A stretch of 64,000 bases of DNA from Alphaproteobacteria bacterium (GCA_964291675.2 OZ219865.1:64001-128000), one strand, 5' to 3'; counted from the stretch's first letter, positions 10,372 through 20,111 are shown. Translations and numbers: made by a program. Notes: generated by a model from the sequence alone, not told the origin.

Positions 10372-10394
10372 ACCCGCCGATTCGATCCCCACAT
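10368..10394 (+). promoter_or_regulatory. RpoH (sigma32)-type promoter of the small heat-shock gene
   Basis: TTGAA (10368-72) - N14 - CCCCACAT (10387-94) upstream of ibpA. Confidence 0.75.
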
Positions 10395-10398
10395 CGAT

Positions 10399-10490
10399 GG
10401 TTGTCGAACGCCTGACGGGTTCGACGAACCCGGCCGACCCCAAGGGTGGCCACACACGCGAATCGCTCAACCAAGGAGGATTCTGACATG
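10399..10490 (+). ncRNA. ROSE-type RNA thermometer in the ibpA 5'UTR
   Basis: Three hairpins: 10399-10430, 10432-10451, and 10460-10483, where GAATC-G-CTC pairs with GAG-GATTC. This sequesters the SD with the bulged G of the U(U/C)GCU motif. Confidence 0.8.
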
Positions 10491-10946
10491 CGCGATTTCG
10501 ATTTCTCCCCCCTGTTCCGCTCCGCCATCGGTTTCGACCGTCTGCCGTCGCTGATCGACACGGCGCTGCGCAGCGACGTCTCGGTCGGGTCCTACCCGCC
10601 CTACAACATCGAGAAGGTCGCCGACGACGCCTACCGGGTCACCCTGGCGGTGGCCGGCTTCGGACTCGACGACCTGACGGTCGAGATGCGCGACGGCCTG
10701 TTGATCGTCAGGGGCGCCAAGCCCGAGGGCGACAAGAAGGCCAGCTATCTCCATCGCGGCATCGCCGAGCGCGCGTTCGAGCGCCGGTTCCAGCTCGCCG
10801 AGCATGTCGAGGTGCGCAACGCCGCGCTCGACAACGGCCTGCTCGCCATCGACCTGGTGCGCGAGGTGCCGGAGGCGCTCAAGCCGCGCAGCATCGAGGT
10901 CAAGGCCGGCGGACCGGCGGTGATCGAGGCCAGGAAGGCCGCGTAG
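10488..10946 (+). CDS. ibpA: Small heat shock protein Hsp20 (IbpA class)
   Basis: DFSPLFRSAIGFDRL, YPPYNIE, YLHRGIAERAFERRFQLA, NGLLAIDL. Confidence 0.95.
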   Translation: MRDFDFSPLFRSAIGFDRLPSLIDTALRSDVSVGSYPPYNIEKVADDAYRVTLAVAGFGLDDLTVEMRDGLLIVRGAKPEGDKKASYLHRGIAERAFERRFQLAEHVEVRNAALDNGLLAIDLVREVPEALKPRSIEVKAGGPAVIEARKAA

Positions 10947-10965
10947 ACCACGGTTTCGGACTACA

Positions 10966-11002
10966 GAGGGGCCGGGCGGTCGCGCCGTCCGGCTCCCTTC
11001 TT
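10966..11002 (+). terminator. Intrinsic terminator hairpin after ibpA
   Basis: GGGGCCGGGCGG-TCGCG-CCGTCCGGCTCCC followed by TTCTT. Confidence 0.6.
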
Positions 11003-11128
11003 GACAAAACCGCAAGAGCGCACAAGTTTCTGGCTGCCCCGACCGAACCCATCCAGGAAAGCCCCGGTGAAGCCCCGCTCCGCCCCAGCAACATTTCGGC
11101 GACCGGATCGCGTTGAGGTGCCCGGGCG

Positions 11129-12073
11129 ATGAGTGAAATGCTCCGCATCCGGGACCTCACCAAGCGATTCGGCGCGCTGACCGCCGTCGACGACATCAGC
11201 CTCGCCGTGGACCGTGGCGAGGTGCTCGGCTTTCTCGGCCCCAACGGCGCCGGCAAGTCGACCACGATGAAAATGGTCACCGGCTTCCTGCCGCCGACAT
11301 CGGGGACCGCCGAAATCTGCGGTTTCGACGTCACCCGGGACCCGATCGAGGTCAAGCGCCGGGTCGGCTACCTGCCCGAGGGCGCGCCGCTGTACGAGGA
11401 CATGACGCCGGCGGCCTTCCTCAACTTCGTCAGCGAGGTGCGCGGCATCCCGGCCGCCGAACGGGCCGGCGCGATCGAGCGGGCGGCCGGGCTGATCCAT
11501 ATCGGCGAGGTGATGCTGCAGCCGATCGGCACGCTGTCGAAGGGCTACAAGCGGCGCGTCGGCCTCGCCCAGGCGATCGTGCACGACCCCGAGGTGCTGA
11601 TCCTCGACGAGCCCACCGACGGGCTCGACCCCAACCAGAAGCACGAGGTGCGCGAGCTGATCGCCAAGATGGCCGAGGACAAGGCGATCGTCATCTCGAC
11701 GCATCTGCTGGAGGAGGTCGAGGCGGTCTGCACCCGCGCGGTGATCATCTCGCGCGGCAGGGTCGTGGTCGACGGCACGCCGGACGAGCTGCTCGCCCGG
11801 TCGCGCTACCGCAACGCGGTGAGCGTACGCACCGCGCTCGCCCAGGCCGACGCGGTCTCCGCCGTGCTCCAGTCCGTCGAGGCGATCGAACGGGTCGAGG
11901 CGGGCACCCGGGACAGCCAGAGCGCCGAGCTCGTCGCTTTGCCCGCGAATGGCGCGGTGATCCTGCCGCTGGTGTCGCAGACGCTGCATTCCAACGGGCT
12001 GAGCGTTTACGAGATATCGGTGGAGCGCGGCCGGCTGGACGAGGTGTTCCGCTCCCTCACGGTCGGCGAATAG
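11129..12073 (+). CDS. ABC transporter ATP-binding protein (GldA-like)
   Basis: GPNGAGKST, LSKGYKRRVGLAQA, ILDEPTDGLDPNQ. Confidence 0.93.
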   Translation: MSEMLRIRDLTKRFGALTAVDDISLAVDRGEVLGFLGPNGAGKSTTMKMVTGFLPPTSGTAEICGFDVTRDPIEVKRRVGYLPEGAPLYEDMTPAAFLNFVSEVRGIPAAERAGAIERAAGLIHIGEVMLQPIGTLSKGYKRRVGLAQAIVHDPEVLILDEPTDGLDPNQKHEVRELIAKMAEDKAIVISTHLLEEVEAVCTRAVIISRGRVVVDGTPDELLARSRYRNAVSVRTALAQADAVSAVLQSVEAIERVEAGTRDSQSAELVALPANGAVILPLVSQTLHSNGLSVYEISVERGRLDEVFRSLTVGE

Positions 12074-12090
12074 GGCGCGGGGAGGGCGCG

Positions 12091-12825
12091 ATGCGGGCAA
12101 CGACTGCGATCTGCAAGCGCGAGCTGATCGCCTATTTCTCGACGCCGCTGGCCTATGTGTTCATCGTCATCTTCCTCGCCTTGACCGGCGCGGTGACGTT
12201 CTATTTCGGCGGCTTCTTCGACCGCGGCCAGGCCGACCTTCAGGTCTTCTTCTCCTTCCACCCCTGGCTTTACCTGTTCCTCATCCCGGCGGTCGGGATG
12301 CGGCTGTGGGCCGAGGAGCGCAAGACCGGGACGATCGAGCTGCTGATGACGCTGCCGGTCTCGACCACCCATGCGGTGCTCGGCAAGTTCCTGGCGTCGT
12401 GGATCTTCGCCGCCATCGCGCTGGCGCTCACCTTCCCGATGTGGATCACCGTCAACTATCTCGGCGCGCCGGATAACGGGGTGATCGTGGCGGGTTACAT
12501 CGCAAGCCTGCTGATGGCCGGCGCGTTCCTCTCCATCGGCTGCTTCGTATCGGCGCTCACCCGCAACCAGGTGATCGCCTTCGTGATCGCCGCCGCCGTC
12601 TGCTTCGTCTTCATGATGAGCGGGCTGGAGCTGGTGCTCGCCGCCTTCAAGGGCTGGGCGCCCGCCTTCCTGGTGGATCTGATCGCCTCGCTCAGCTTCC
12701 TCACCCATTTCGAGGGCATCATCAAGGGCGTGCTCGACATCCGCGACGTCATCTACCTGGTCTCCGCGATGGTGATCTTCCTGTTCGCCAACCGGCTGGT
12801 GATCGATCTCAAGAGGGGAGACTGA
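12091..12825 (+). CDS. ABC-2 permease (GldF-like)
   Basis: YFSTPLAY, MRLWAEERKTGTIELL, six TM segments. Confidence 0.9.
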   Translation: MRATTAICKRELIAYFSTPLAYVFIVIFLALTGAVTFYFGGFFDRGQADLQVFFSFHPWLYLFLIPAVGMRLWAEERKTGTIELLMTLPVSTTHAVLGKFLASWIFAAIALALTFPMWITVNYLGAPDNGVIVAGYIASLLMAGAFLSIGCFVSALTRNQVIAFVIAAAVCFVFMMSGLELVLAAFKGWAPAFLVDLIASLSFLTHFEGIIKGVLDIRDVIYLVSAMVIFLFANRLVIDLKRGD

Positions 12826-12827
12826 CC

Positions 12828-14738
12828 GTGGCCGCCTGGGACCGGCGCAAGCTGGGCGTCGCGGGGCTGGTCCTCGCGGTGATCCTGTTCCTCGCCGTCA
12901 ACATCTTCGCCAACGGAGCGATCAGGAATATTCAGGCCGATCTGACCGAGAAGGGCCTGTATTCGGTCTCGGCGGGGACCGAGAAGGTGCTCGCCGACCT
13001 GAAGGAGCCGGTGACGCTGCGCTATTTCGTGTCGCGCAGCCTGATCGACCTCAGCCCCGGGCTCGGCACCTACTCGCAGCGCGTGCTCGAGCTTCTGCAA
13101 CGCTATGTCGACGCCGCCGGCGGCAAGATCCGCCTCGAGATCGTCGACCCCAAGCCGTTCTCCAACGAGGAGGACCGCGCGGTCGGGTTCGGGCTGCAGG
13201 GGGTGCCGCTCAACGATGCCGGAGAGCTCGGCTATTTCGGGCTCGCCGGCACCAACACCACCGACGACCAGGACGTGATCGGCTTCCTCCAGCCGCAGCG
13301 CGAGCCGTTTCTCGAATACGACCTGACGCGGCTGGTGCACAACCTCGCCCACCCGAAGAAGAAGGTCATCGGGCTGGTCTCCGGCATTCCGATCGACGCC
13401 GATCCCGCGAACCAGTACAAGCCGTGGCGCGTGGTCGAGCAGATCAAGCAGTTCTTCGAGATCAAGAGCCTGGGGCTGGAGCCCGAGATCACCGACGACA
13501 TCGACGTGCTGATGATCGTCCACCCCTTCGGCCTGTCGGACAAGACGCTGTATGCCATCGACCAGTTCGTCATGGCGGGCGGCAAGACCATGGTGTTCGT
13601 CGACCCCTATGCCGAGGAAGGCTCGCGCTCCAACGCGGCGATGCGCCTGCCGCCCGACCAGGGCTCCAATCTGGAGAAGCTGTTCCAGGCATGGGGCGTC
13701 GACTACGTCCAGGACAAGGTGCTCGCCGATCTCGGCCTCGCCCAGCGGGTGCAGGCGGCCGTCGACGCGCAGGGCCGCCCGGTGATCACCAACTACGTCT
13801 CCTGGCTGTCCTTCCCGGCGGACCGGCTCAGGCGGGACGACGTGATCACCGGCCAGCTCGAAGCGATCAACGTCGCCACCGCCGGCTTTCTCGCCAAGGC
13901 GAAGGACGCCGACATCGCCTTCGATCCGCTGATCGTCTCGACCGAGACGTCGGCGCCGATGGATGCGCAGAAATTCCGCTTCCAGCCCAACCCGGCCGAG
14001 ATCCTCAAGGAGTTCGTCCCGGAGGAGGGGCAGCTGACCCTCGCCGCGCGGCTCAGCGGCAAGCTCAAGAGCGCCTTCCCCGACGGCCCGCCGGAGGACA
14101 AGGACAAGAAGGACGAGGCCGACGACGAGAAGGCGCCCGCCAGGCCCCATCTCGCGGAGTCCGCGGATGTCGTCAACCTGATCGTGGTCGCCGACAGCGA
14201 CATCCTGGCCGACACGTTCTGGCTCCAGATCCAGGACTTCTTCGGCCAGCGCATGGTCGTGCCGACGGCCAACAACGCCGACTTCGTGATCAACGCGCTC
14301 GACAATCTGTCCGGTTCGAGCGAGCTGATCGGGCTGCGCAGCCGCGGCTTCTCCGACCGTCCCTTCGACCGGGTGATGGAGATCCAGCGGGCGGCCGAGC
14401 TGCAATACCGCGACCGGGAACGCGCGCTGCTGGAGGAGCTCAAGGAGGTCGAGGGCAAGCTCAAGGACCTGACCACCAAGGAGCAGGAGAGCGCGGCGGT
14501 GATCCTGACCGACAAGCAGCAGCAGGCGATCGCGGACTTCCGGCGCCAGATCATCAAGGTGCGGGGCGAGCTCAGGGACGTGCGCCGGGCGCTGCGCGAG
14601 GACATCGACACCCTCGATGGCTGGATCAAGATCCTCAACATTGCCGCCATGCCGGCGCTGATCGCGCTGTTGGCGATCGGCCTGCTGGTCGCGCGCAACC
14701 GGCGGACCCGGCGGCGCTACGCCGGGTCCCTCGGATGA
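12828..14738 (+). CDS. GldG-family ABC auxiliary component
   Basis: N- and C-terminal TM helices, DLTEKGLYSVS, LEYDLTRL, NADFVINALDNL, coiled-coil tail. Confidence 0.88.
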   Translation: MAAWDRRKLGVAGLVLAVILFLAVNIFANGAIRNIQADLTEKGLYSVSAGTEKVLADLKEPVTLRYFVSRSLIDLSPGLGTYSQRVLELLQRYVDAAGGKIRLEIVDPKPFSNEEDRAVGFGLQGVPLNDAGELGYFGLAGTNTTDDQDVIGFLQPQREPFLEYDLTRLVHNLAHPKKKVIGLVSGIPIDADPANQYKPWRVVEQIKQFFEIKSLGLEPEITDDIDVLMIVHPFGLSDKTLYAIDQFVMAGGKTMVFVDPYAEEGSRSNAAMRLPPDQGSNLEKLFQAWGVDYVQDKVLADLGLAQRVQAAVDAQGRPVITNYVSWLSFPADRLRRDDVITGQLEAINVATAGFLAKAKDADIAFDPLIVSTETSAPMDAQKFRFQPNPAEILKEFVPEEGQLTLAARLSGKLKSAFPDGPPEDKDKKDEADDEKAPARPHLAESADVVNLIVVADSDILADTFWLQIQDFFGQRMVVPTANNADFVINALDNLSGSSELIGLRSRGFSDRPFDRVMEIQRAAELQYRDRERALLEELKEVEGKLKDLTTKEQESAAVILTDKQQQAIADFRRQIIKVRGELRDVRRALREDIDTLDGWIKILNIAAMPALIALLAIGLLVARNRRTRRRYAGSLG

Positions 14739-14766
14739 TCGCGGCCCGGCCCGTGGAGATCCTGCG

Positions 14767-15816
14767 ATGAAGCCCCGTTCGTTCCTGGCGCTCGCCGGGC
14801 TGACCGTCCTGGCGGTGATCGCCGCCGTGCTGGCGGTGGTCGACCAGCCCGCTCTGACCACGCTCACCAAGGGCGAGGAGAAGGTGTTCGAGAGTCTGTC
14901 CGAACGCCTGAACGAAGCCGCCGAGCTGGTCGTCCGGTCCAACGCAGCGACGTTCTCGATCGTCAAGACCGGCGACGGCTGGGGGATGAAGGACCGCGCG
15001 GAATATCCGGTCCATTTCGACAAGGTGAAGACCGCCCTGGTCTCGCTCTCGGAGCTCAGGCTGCTGGAGGGCAAGACCAGCGACCCGGCGCGCTACAAGC
15101 GGCTCGAGGTCGAGGAGCCCGACGCCGAGGAAGCCCAGTCGGTGCGTTTCGAGCTCAAGGACGGCGCCGGCGAGTCGATGGCGTCCGGCCTCATCGGCAG
15201 GCTCAACCCCAACCTGTTCGGCGATGGCGGCGGCGGCACCTATCTGCGGCGCGGCAAGGAGGAACAGTCCTGGCTTGCCGCCGGCGAGGTGACGCTCGGC
15301 AAGACGCGCAACGACTGGCTGGTCCGCGACATCGTCGACATCGCCGCCGAGCAGGTGCGCCGCGCGGTCATCCGCCAGCCCGGCGGGGCCGAGATCGCGG
15401 TCACCCAAGAGAAGCCCGACAGCGGCGAGTACAAGCTCGACGGCGTGCCTGAAGGACGCAAGCTCAAGGATTCGAACGAGGCCAAGAACCTGGCCGGCGG
15501 GTTGTGGCGGCTGACATTCGAGGACGTGAAGCCGGCCGCCGACGTGCCGTTTCCGGAACGGATCAATGTCAGCGTCTACGAGACCTTCGACGGGCTCAGG
15601 GTCCACATCGAGATGACGACGGTCGACAAGGTGGTGTGGGGGCGGTTCTCCGCCACCGCCGAGGGCGCGAGCGGCGACAAGGCGGACGAGGTCAGGAAGA
15701 AGGCCGAGGAGATCACCGCCCGCGCCAAGGGCTGGGTCTACGAGCTCTCCGCCGGCGAGGGCGAGCGGCTGACCACCAGGATCGAGGACATCCTCGAAGA
15801 ACCGAAGAAGAGCTGA
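14767..15816 (+). CDS. DUF4340 domain protein
   Basis: N-terminal membrane anchor, KTSDPARYKRLEV, TYLRR..E.QSWL; usual position after GldG. Confidence 0.8.
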   Translation: MKPRSFLALAGLTVLAVIAAVLAVVDQPALTTLTKGEEKVFESLSERLNEAAELVVRSNAATFSIVKTGDGWGMKDRAEYPVHFDKVKTALVSLSELRLLEGKTSDPARYKRLEVEEPDAEEAQSVRFELKDGAGESMASGLIGRLNPNLFGDGGGGTYLRRGKEEQSWLAAGEVTLGKTRNDWLVRDIVDIAAEQVRRAVIRQPGGAEIAVTQEKPDSGEYKLDGVPEGRKLKDSNEAKNLAGGLWRLTFEDVKPAADVPFPERINVSVYETFDGLRVHIEMTTVDKVVWGRFSATAEGASGDKADEVRKKAEEITARAKGWVYELSAGEGERLTTRIEDILEEPKKS

Positions 15817-15867
15817 CCGGGCACGCCCCCGGCGGATTTCCCCGGCTCGCGCCCGCCGGGCGGCGGA

Positions 15868-15896
15868 TTGACACCCGCCGGACGGCTCCCGATCAT
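15868..15896 (+). promoter_or_regulatory. Putative sigma70 promoter for the OCD-TauE-TauE operon
   Basis: TTGACA-N17-GATCAT, 40 nt upstream of the ATG at 15936. Confidence 0.5.
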
Positions 15897-15935
15897 CGCG
15901 CCCGCGCCCGTTCCAACCGCCGGAAGGCTGCCGTC

Positions 15936-17003
15936 ATGAGCGTCCTGCTGCTGCGCCCGGCGGATCTCCAGGGCCTGGTCACGATGGCCGAAGCGATCGA
16001 GGTCATCGAACAGGGCTACCGCGAGGCGGCCGCTTTTCCGGTGATCAACGCGCCCCGTCGGCGCGTCCATTCGCCCTCCGGCGTCCGGGTCAGCAACTTC
16101 CCGGGCGGGGTGCACGGGCTCGGCGTGATCGGCGCGCAGACCCGGGCCGAGCTGGTCGCCCAGACCGAGACCAACCAGAGCTACGGCTTCCGCGGCCCGC
16201 CGGTGCATGTGCTGAGCGACTCGGCGACCGGGGAGCTGCTCGCCATACTGATCGGCGAGATCGACGAGAAGACGCTCGGCCCGACCAGCCTGATGGCGTT
16301 CCGCACCGCGGCGGCGAGCGGCGTCGGGTTCCGCCACCTGGTGCGCCGGGACGCGCGCATCGCCGGGCTGTTCGGCTCGGCCGGGCAGGCGGCCAACCAG
16401 CTCCTCGCCCTGTTGACGGTGCGCGATATCGAGCGGGTCAAGCTCTACAGCCGCGATGCGGAGAACCGGCGCCGCTTCGCCGCCCGATACGGCGCCAGGT
16501 TCGGCGTCGAGATCGAGCCCGTCGCCGCGCCGCGCGATGCCGTCGAGGGCGTCGATGCGATCGTCGTTGCGACCAACACCAACGTTCCCGTCTTCGACGG
16601 CGACTGGCTGGCGCCGGGCCAGCACGTCACCGGCATCGTCGGCTCCAACATCCAGCTCGTCGAAGGCGGGTTCCTCAAGCGCCGGCGCCGCGAGATCGAC
16701 GACCGCACCGCCCGGCGCGCCGACGTGATCGTCGCCAATTTGCGCGAGTCCGTGCTGTCGGAGCAGCAGGGCGACCTGTTCGAGCCCATCGAGCGCGGGC
16801 TGATCCGCGCCGAGGACATTCTCGATCTCGGCGACGTGGCAGCGGGACACGTGCCCGGGCGGACCTCGCGCCGACAGATCACCTATCACAAGAACAACAA
16901 CGGCACCGGCGCGTCCGAGCTCGCCCTGGCCGGGCTGGCGTACCGGCTCGCCCGGGCGGCCGGGCGCGGGGTCGAGATCGACCTCGAACCCGTGACCGTC
17001 TGA
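15936..17003 (+). CDS. Ornithine cyclodeaminase/mu-crystallin family protein
   Basis: MAFRTAAASGVG, GLFGSAGQA, GDWLAPGQHV, GRTSRRQIT; start MSVLLL. Confidence 0.88.
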   Translation: MSVLLLRPADLQGLVTMAEAIEVIEQGYREAAAFPVINAPRRRVHSPSGVRVSNFPGGVHGLGVIGAQTRAELVAQTETNQSYGFRGPPVHVLSDSATGELLAILIGEIDEKTLGPTSLMAFRTAAASGVGFRHLVRRDARIAGLFGSAGQAANQLLALLTVRDIERVKLYSRDAENRRRFAARYGARFGVEIEPVAAPRDAVEGVDAIVVATNTNVPVFDGDWLAPGQHVTGIVGSNIQLVEGGFLKRRRREIDDRTARRADVIVANLRESVLSEQQGDLFEPIERGLIRAEDILDLGDVAAGHVPGRTSRRQITYHKNNNGTGASELALAGLAYRLARAAGRGVEIDLEPVTV

Positions 17004-17029
17004 CCTCCGGCACCCGAGCCTGCCGGCCC

Positions 17030-17770
17030 ATGCCGGGTCTCGATCTCGACGCGTGGCAGGCAGCGGCGGTGCTGCTGTCGGGCACGGTGGCGGGTGCCTT
17101 GCGCGGCTTCTCGGGTTTCGGCGCGGCGCTGGTGCTGGCGCCGGTGGTCAGCCTGATCGTCGGCGCCCATGTCGCGGTCCCGGCCATCATGCTCTCGATG
17201 TTCGTCACCACGGCGCAGCTCATCCCGACGACCTGGCGCCACGTCCGGTGGTCGGACCAGCTCGCCCTGTCGCTGTCCGGCTGCATCGGGGTGCCGGCGG
17301 GGGTGGCGGTGCTGATCCATCTCGATCCCGAGACGATGCGCCGCTCCATCTCCGTCATCACCGTCCTGCTCGCCCTGTTCCTGCTGACCGGGTGGCGCAC
17401 CGGCCATCGGTCAAGCCGCGTCGGGGCGGTGGCGATGGGAGGGCTCGGCGGCGTGCTGTCGGGCTCCACCTCGCTCGGCGGCCCGCCGGTGGTCGCCTAT
17501 CTGCTGGCCGGGCCGGGCAGCGCGGCGCAGACGCGGGCGAGCCTGCTCTACTATTTCGCCTTCACCCAGATGGCGGCCCTGGTCGTGTACTGGCTCGGCG
17601 GGCTGATGAGCTGGGAGGTGGCGGTCGCCGCCGCGGTCGTCGCGCCGTCGCTCGTGGTCGGGGCCTGGATCGGGACCAGGCTGTTCCACCTGGCCAGCGA
17701 ACGGACGTTCCGCCGGGTGGCGCTGGCCATCCTGCTGCTGGTCGGCGTTTCGACCTTCTTCGCCCGATGA
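17030..17770 (+). CDS. TauE/SafE sulfite exporter family protein
   Basis: RGFSGFGAAL, SLGGPPVVAY, ~8 TM. Confidence 0.9.
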   Translation: MPGLDLDAWQAAAVLLSGTVAGALRGFSGFGAALVLAPVVSLIVGAHVAVPAIMLSMFVTTAQLIPTTWRHVRWSDQLALSLSGCIGVPAGVAVLIHLDPETMRRSISVITVLLALFLLTGWRTGHRSSRVGAVAMGGLGGVLSGSTSLGGPPVVAYLLAGPGSAAQTRASLLYYFAFTQMAALVVYWLGGLMSWEVAVAAAVVAPSLVVGAWIGTRLFHLASERTFRRVALAILLLVGVSTFFAR

Positions 17771-18507
17771 TGCCGCTCGGCCTCGACGTCTGGGAGGTCG
17801 CGCTGGTGGCGACGGCCTTCGCCGCATCCGGCATCGTCCGGGGGTTCGGCGGCGGGATCGGCGCGAATTTCCTCACCGCGCCGGTGCTCGCCCTGCTGGT
17901 CGGACCGCGCGAGGCGGTGCCGATCGTCATGCTGCTCAACATGGTCGGCAACCTCCAGCTCATACCGCAGACCCTGCCCTCGGTGAACTGGCGGGATGGC
18001 TGGCCGCTCTTCTTCTTCCCCATACTGACGGTGCCGCTCGGCGGCTGGCTCCTGTTCACCGTCGACGAGGACGTGATGCGCCGCGCGATCGCGGCGGCGG
18101 CGCTCGCATTCTCGCTCCTGCTGCTCAGCGGCTGGCGCTATCGCGGAGGCCAGCGGATGGGCCTCTCCATCGCCACCGGATCGGTGTCGGGCGTCCTCGT
18201 GGGCTCGGTCTCGCTCGGCGGCCCGCCGGCCTTCCTCTATCTGCTGGCGGGCTCCGGCGACGCCGCGACCAACCGGGCGCAGTTCGTGATGTTCGGTACC
18301 ACCGCCGGGCTCGCCGCGCTGGTCATGTTCACCGCTGCCGGCGCCTATCGGCTCGAAACCGTCCTGTTCGCCGCCTTCCTGACGATCCCGGCGGCGCTCG
18401 GCATCTGGCTCGGCTCGATCCTGTTCCGCCGGGCCAGCGAAGATTTGTTCAGGCGGGTCTGCCTGTGGGGGCTGGTCGCGGTCTCGCTCTGCGTGCTGGT
18501 GCTGTAG
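17767..18507 (+). CDS. TauE/SafE sulfite exporter family protein (tandem paralog)
   Basis: RGFGGGIGA, SLGGPPAFLY; ATG overlaps the upstream TGA. Confidence 0.88.
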   Translation: MMPLGLDVWEVALVATAFAASGIVRGFGGGIGANFLTAPVLALLVGPREAVPIVMLLNMVGNLQLIPQTLPSVNWRDGWPLFFFPILTVPLGGWLLFTVDEDVMRRAIAAAALAFSLLLLSGWRYRGGQRMGLSIATGSVSGVLVGSVSLGGPPAFLYLLAGSGDAATNRAQFVMFGTTAGLAALVMFTAAGAYRLETVLFAAFLTIPAALGIWLGSILFRRASEDLFRRVCLWGLVAVSLCVLVL

Positions 18508-19274
18508 CCCGGATTCTCGCCACGGACACGGTCAGGCCCGTCCTCACGTACGGTTCGGATATTTCAACAGGCTGGAAGAAGACGCGAGGGTTTGCTCATC
18601 GGCTACGCAGCCAAGAGGTTCCCGGTCGGCCCGCGCTTCACCGCTTCGACTTCGCGTCGTACGCATCTCGACCGGATCGCCGGCCCGAGATCCCGCGACC
18701 GACGGCGCGCATCTCGACCGCATCGAACACGGACGCGAGCGCTTGCCGACCGCGGTGTCCCGGATGGAGCGGTTCTCCTCGGCCTGCCGCACGCAGTCCC
18801 GGCCCCGCGACAGGGGGCCCTCGTGAAGCGGAACGTCCCGGCAAATGCCCGGTGCCAGTGGAGCATTATAGCCCGCCGCTCATCGGTTCCCGGTACGGGA
18901 GTACCGGCTCCTCACCGTTCCGATCCAGCGCGGACAGGCGTTACCGCTGCTGGCCTGTCGACGATGTCCGTCCCGTCCGCCTCGTTGACCGCACGCCAAG
19001 CGGCGCGATAGGTTGTCGGTCTCTCATGTTGCCCGTTCTGCATTGCACGCCCGACAGCGGACAAGGAGCGAGAGGCAGACATGCATCGGAACGGCAGCAA
19101 GCCAGCTCGCGGACGTTGCCCTCCGAGACTTGCCAGGTCCGTGAGATTGGCCCGAGACTACCGTATGTTGCGTCTCGCAACCCTTGCGGATGGCACGACG
19201 ACAGCGCCCGTCGGTTGCGCTGCGGGGAGGCCGCCCGTGCTCTTCCGACCGGGGCAGTTCGGCGGGGACTGTCG

Positions 19275-20111
19275 ATGACACAAGAACATACCATTATCGA
19301 CACCGATTTGCGCCGGGCCTATGAGACAGACGGTGTCGTATGCCTGCGCAGGGCTTTCGATCCGCACTGGCTGGGGGTCGCTGCCGACGCCATCGAACAG
19401 GGGCGGGCGAATCCCGGCCCGATGTACATCGACTATTCGGCGGAAACGAAGCCCGGCACCTACTGCACGGATTTCTGGATCTGGCAGCATGTGCCGGCGA
19501 TGCGCGCCTTCATTTTCGAATCGCCGGCGGCCGGGTTCGCGGGTGAGATCATGGACGTCAGCGCCGTGATGCTGGTGACGGACAACTGGTTGGTCCGGGA
19601 AGCCGGGGCGGTCAACCGGGCGCCTTGGCATCATGACGGGCCCTATTTCGACCTGGACGGGAAATGGTGCGTGCTGTGGATGGCGCTTGAACCGGTTGGC
19701 CCCGGCGAAGGCATCGTGTTCCTGAAAGGCTCCCACAGGTGGGGGAGGCTCTTCATGCCGGAGAGCTTCGCAGGCACCGGCCCGAAAGCCGAAGTGCGGG
19801 AACCTTACGAGCGAACGCCCGATTTCGCGCAACAACCGGGGCATTGCGTCCCGGTCGAGTACGCCCTGGAACCGGGCGATTGCGTGGTATTCGATGCTCT
19901 GACCGTCCATGGCGCTCCCGACGCCAAACCGCAAGAGCACAACAGCCGGCGCCTCACCGTTCGCTTTGCGGCAGGCGACGCCATCTATCGACGCCGGGGC
20001 TCCTGGACCCGTGAGATGACGGACTATTTGGAGCGTGAGTACGGCCTGACCGAAGGCGGGTCCTACCGCTGCGATCTGCTACCCATTCTGTGGTCGAGGG
20101 AAGGCGTCTAG
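19275..20111 (+). CDS. Phytanoyl-CoA dioxygenase (PhyH) family Fe(II)/2OG dioxygenase
   Basis: APWHHDGPYF (HxD), FLKGSHRWG, LEPGDCVVFDALTVHGA, RRLTVRF; start MTQEHT. Confidence 0.9.
   Translation: MTQEHTIIDTDLRRAYETDGVVCLRRAFDPHWLGVAADAIEQGRANPGPMYIDYSAETKPGTYCTDFWIWQHVPAMRAFIFESPAAGFAGEIMDVSAVMLVTDNWLVREAGAVNRAPWHHDGPYFDLDGKWCVLWMALEPVGPGEGIVFLKGSHRWGRLFMPESFAGTGPKAEVREPYERTPDFAQQPGHCVPVEYALEPGDCVVFDALTVHGAPDAKPQEHNSRRLTVRFAAGDAIYRRRGSWTREMTDYLEREYGLTEGGSYRCDLLPILWSREGV

Noticed and set aside
19275-20111. Calling the PhyH gene ectoine hydroxylase ectD
   Set aside because: Lacks the EctD signature FxWHSDFETWHxEDG; only general PhyH motifs are present
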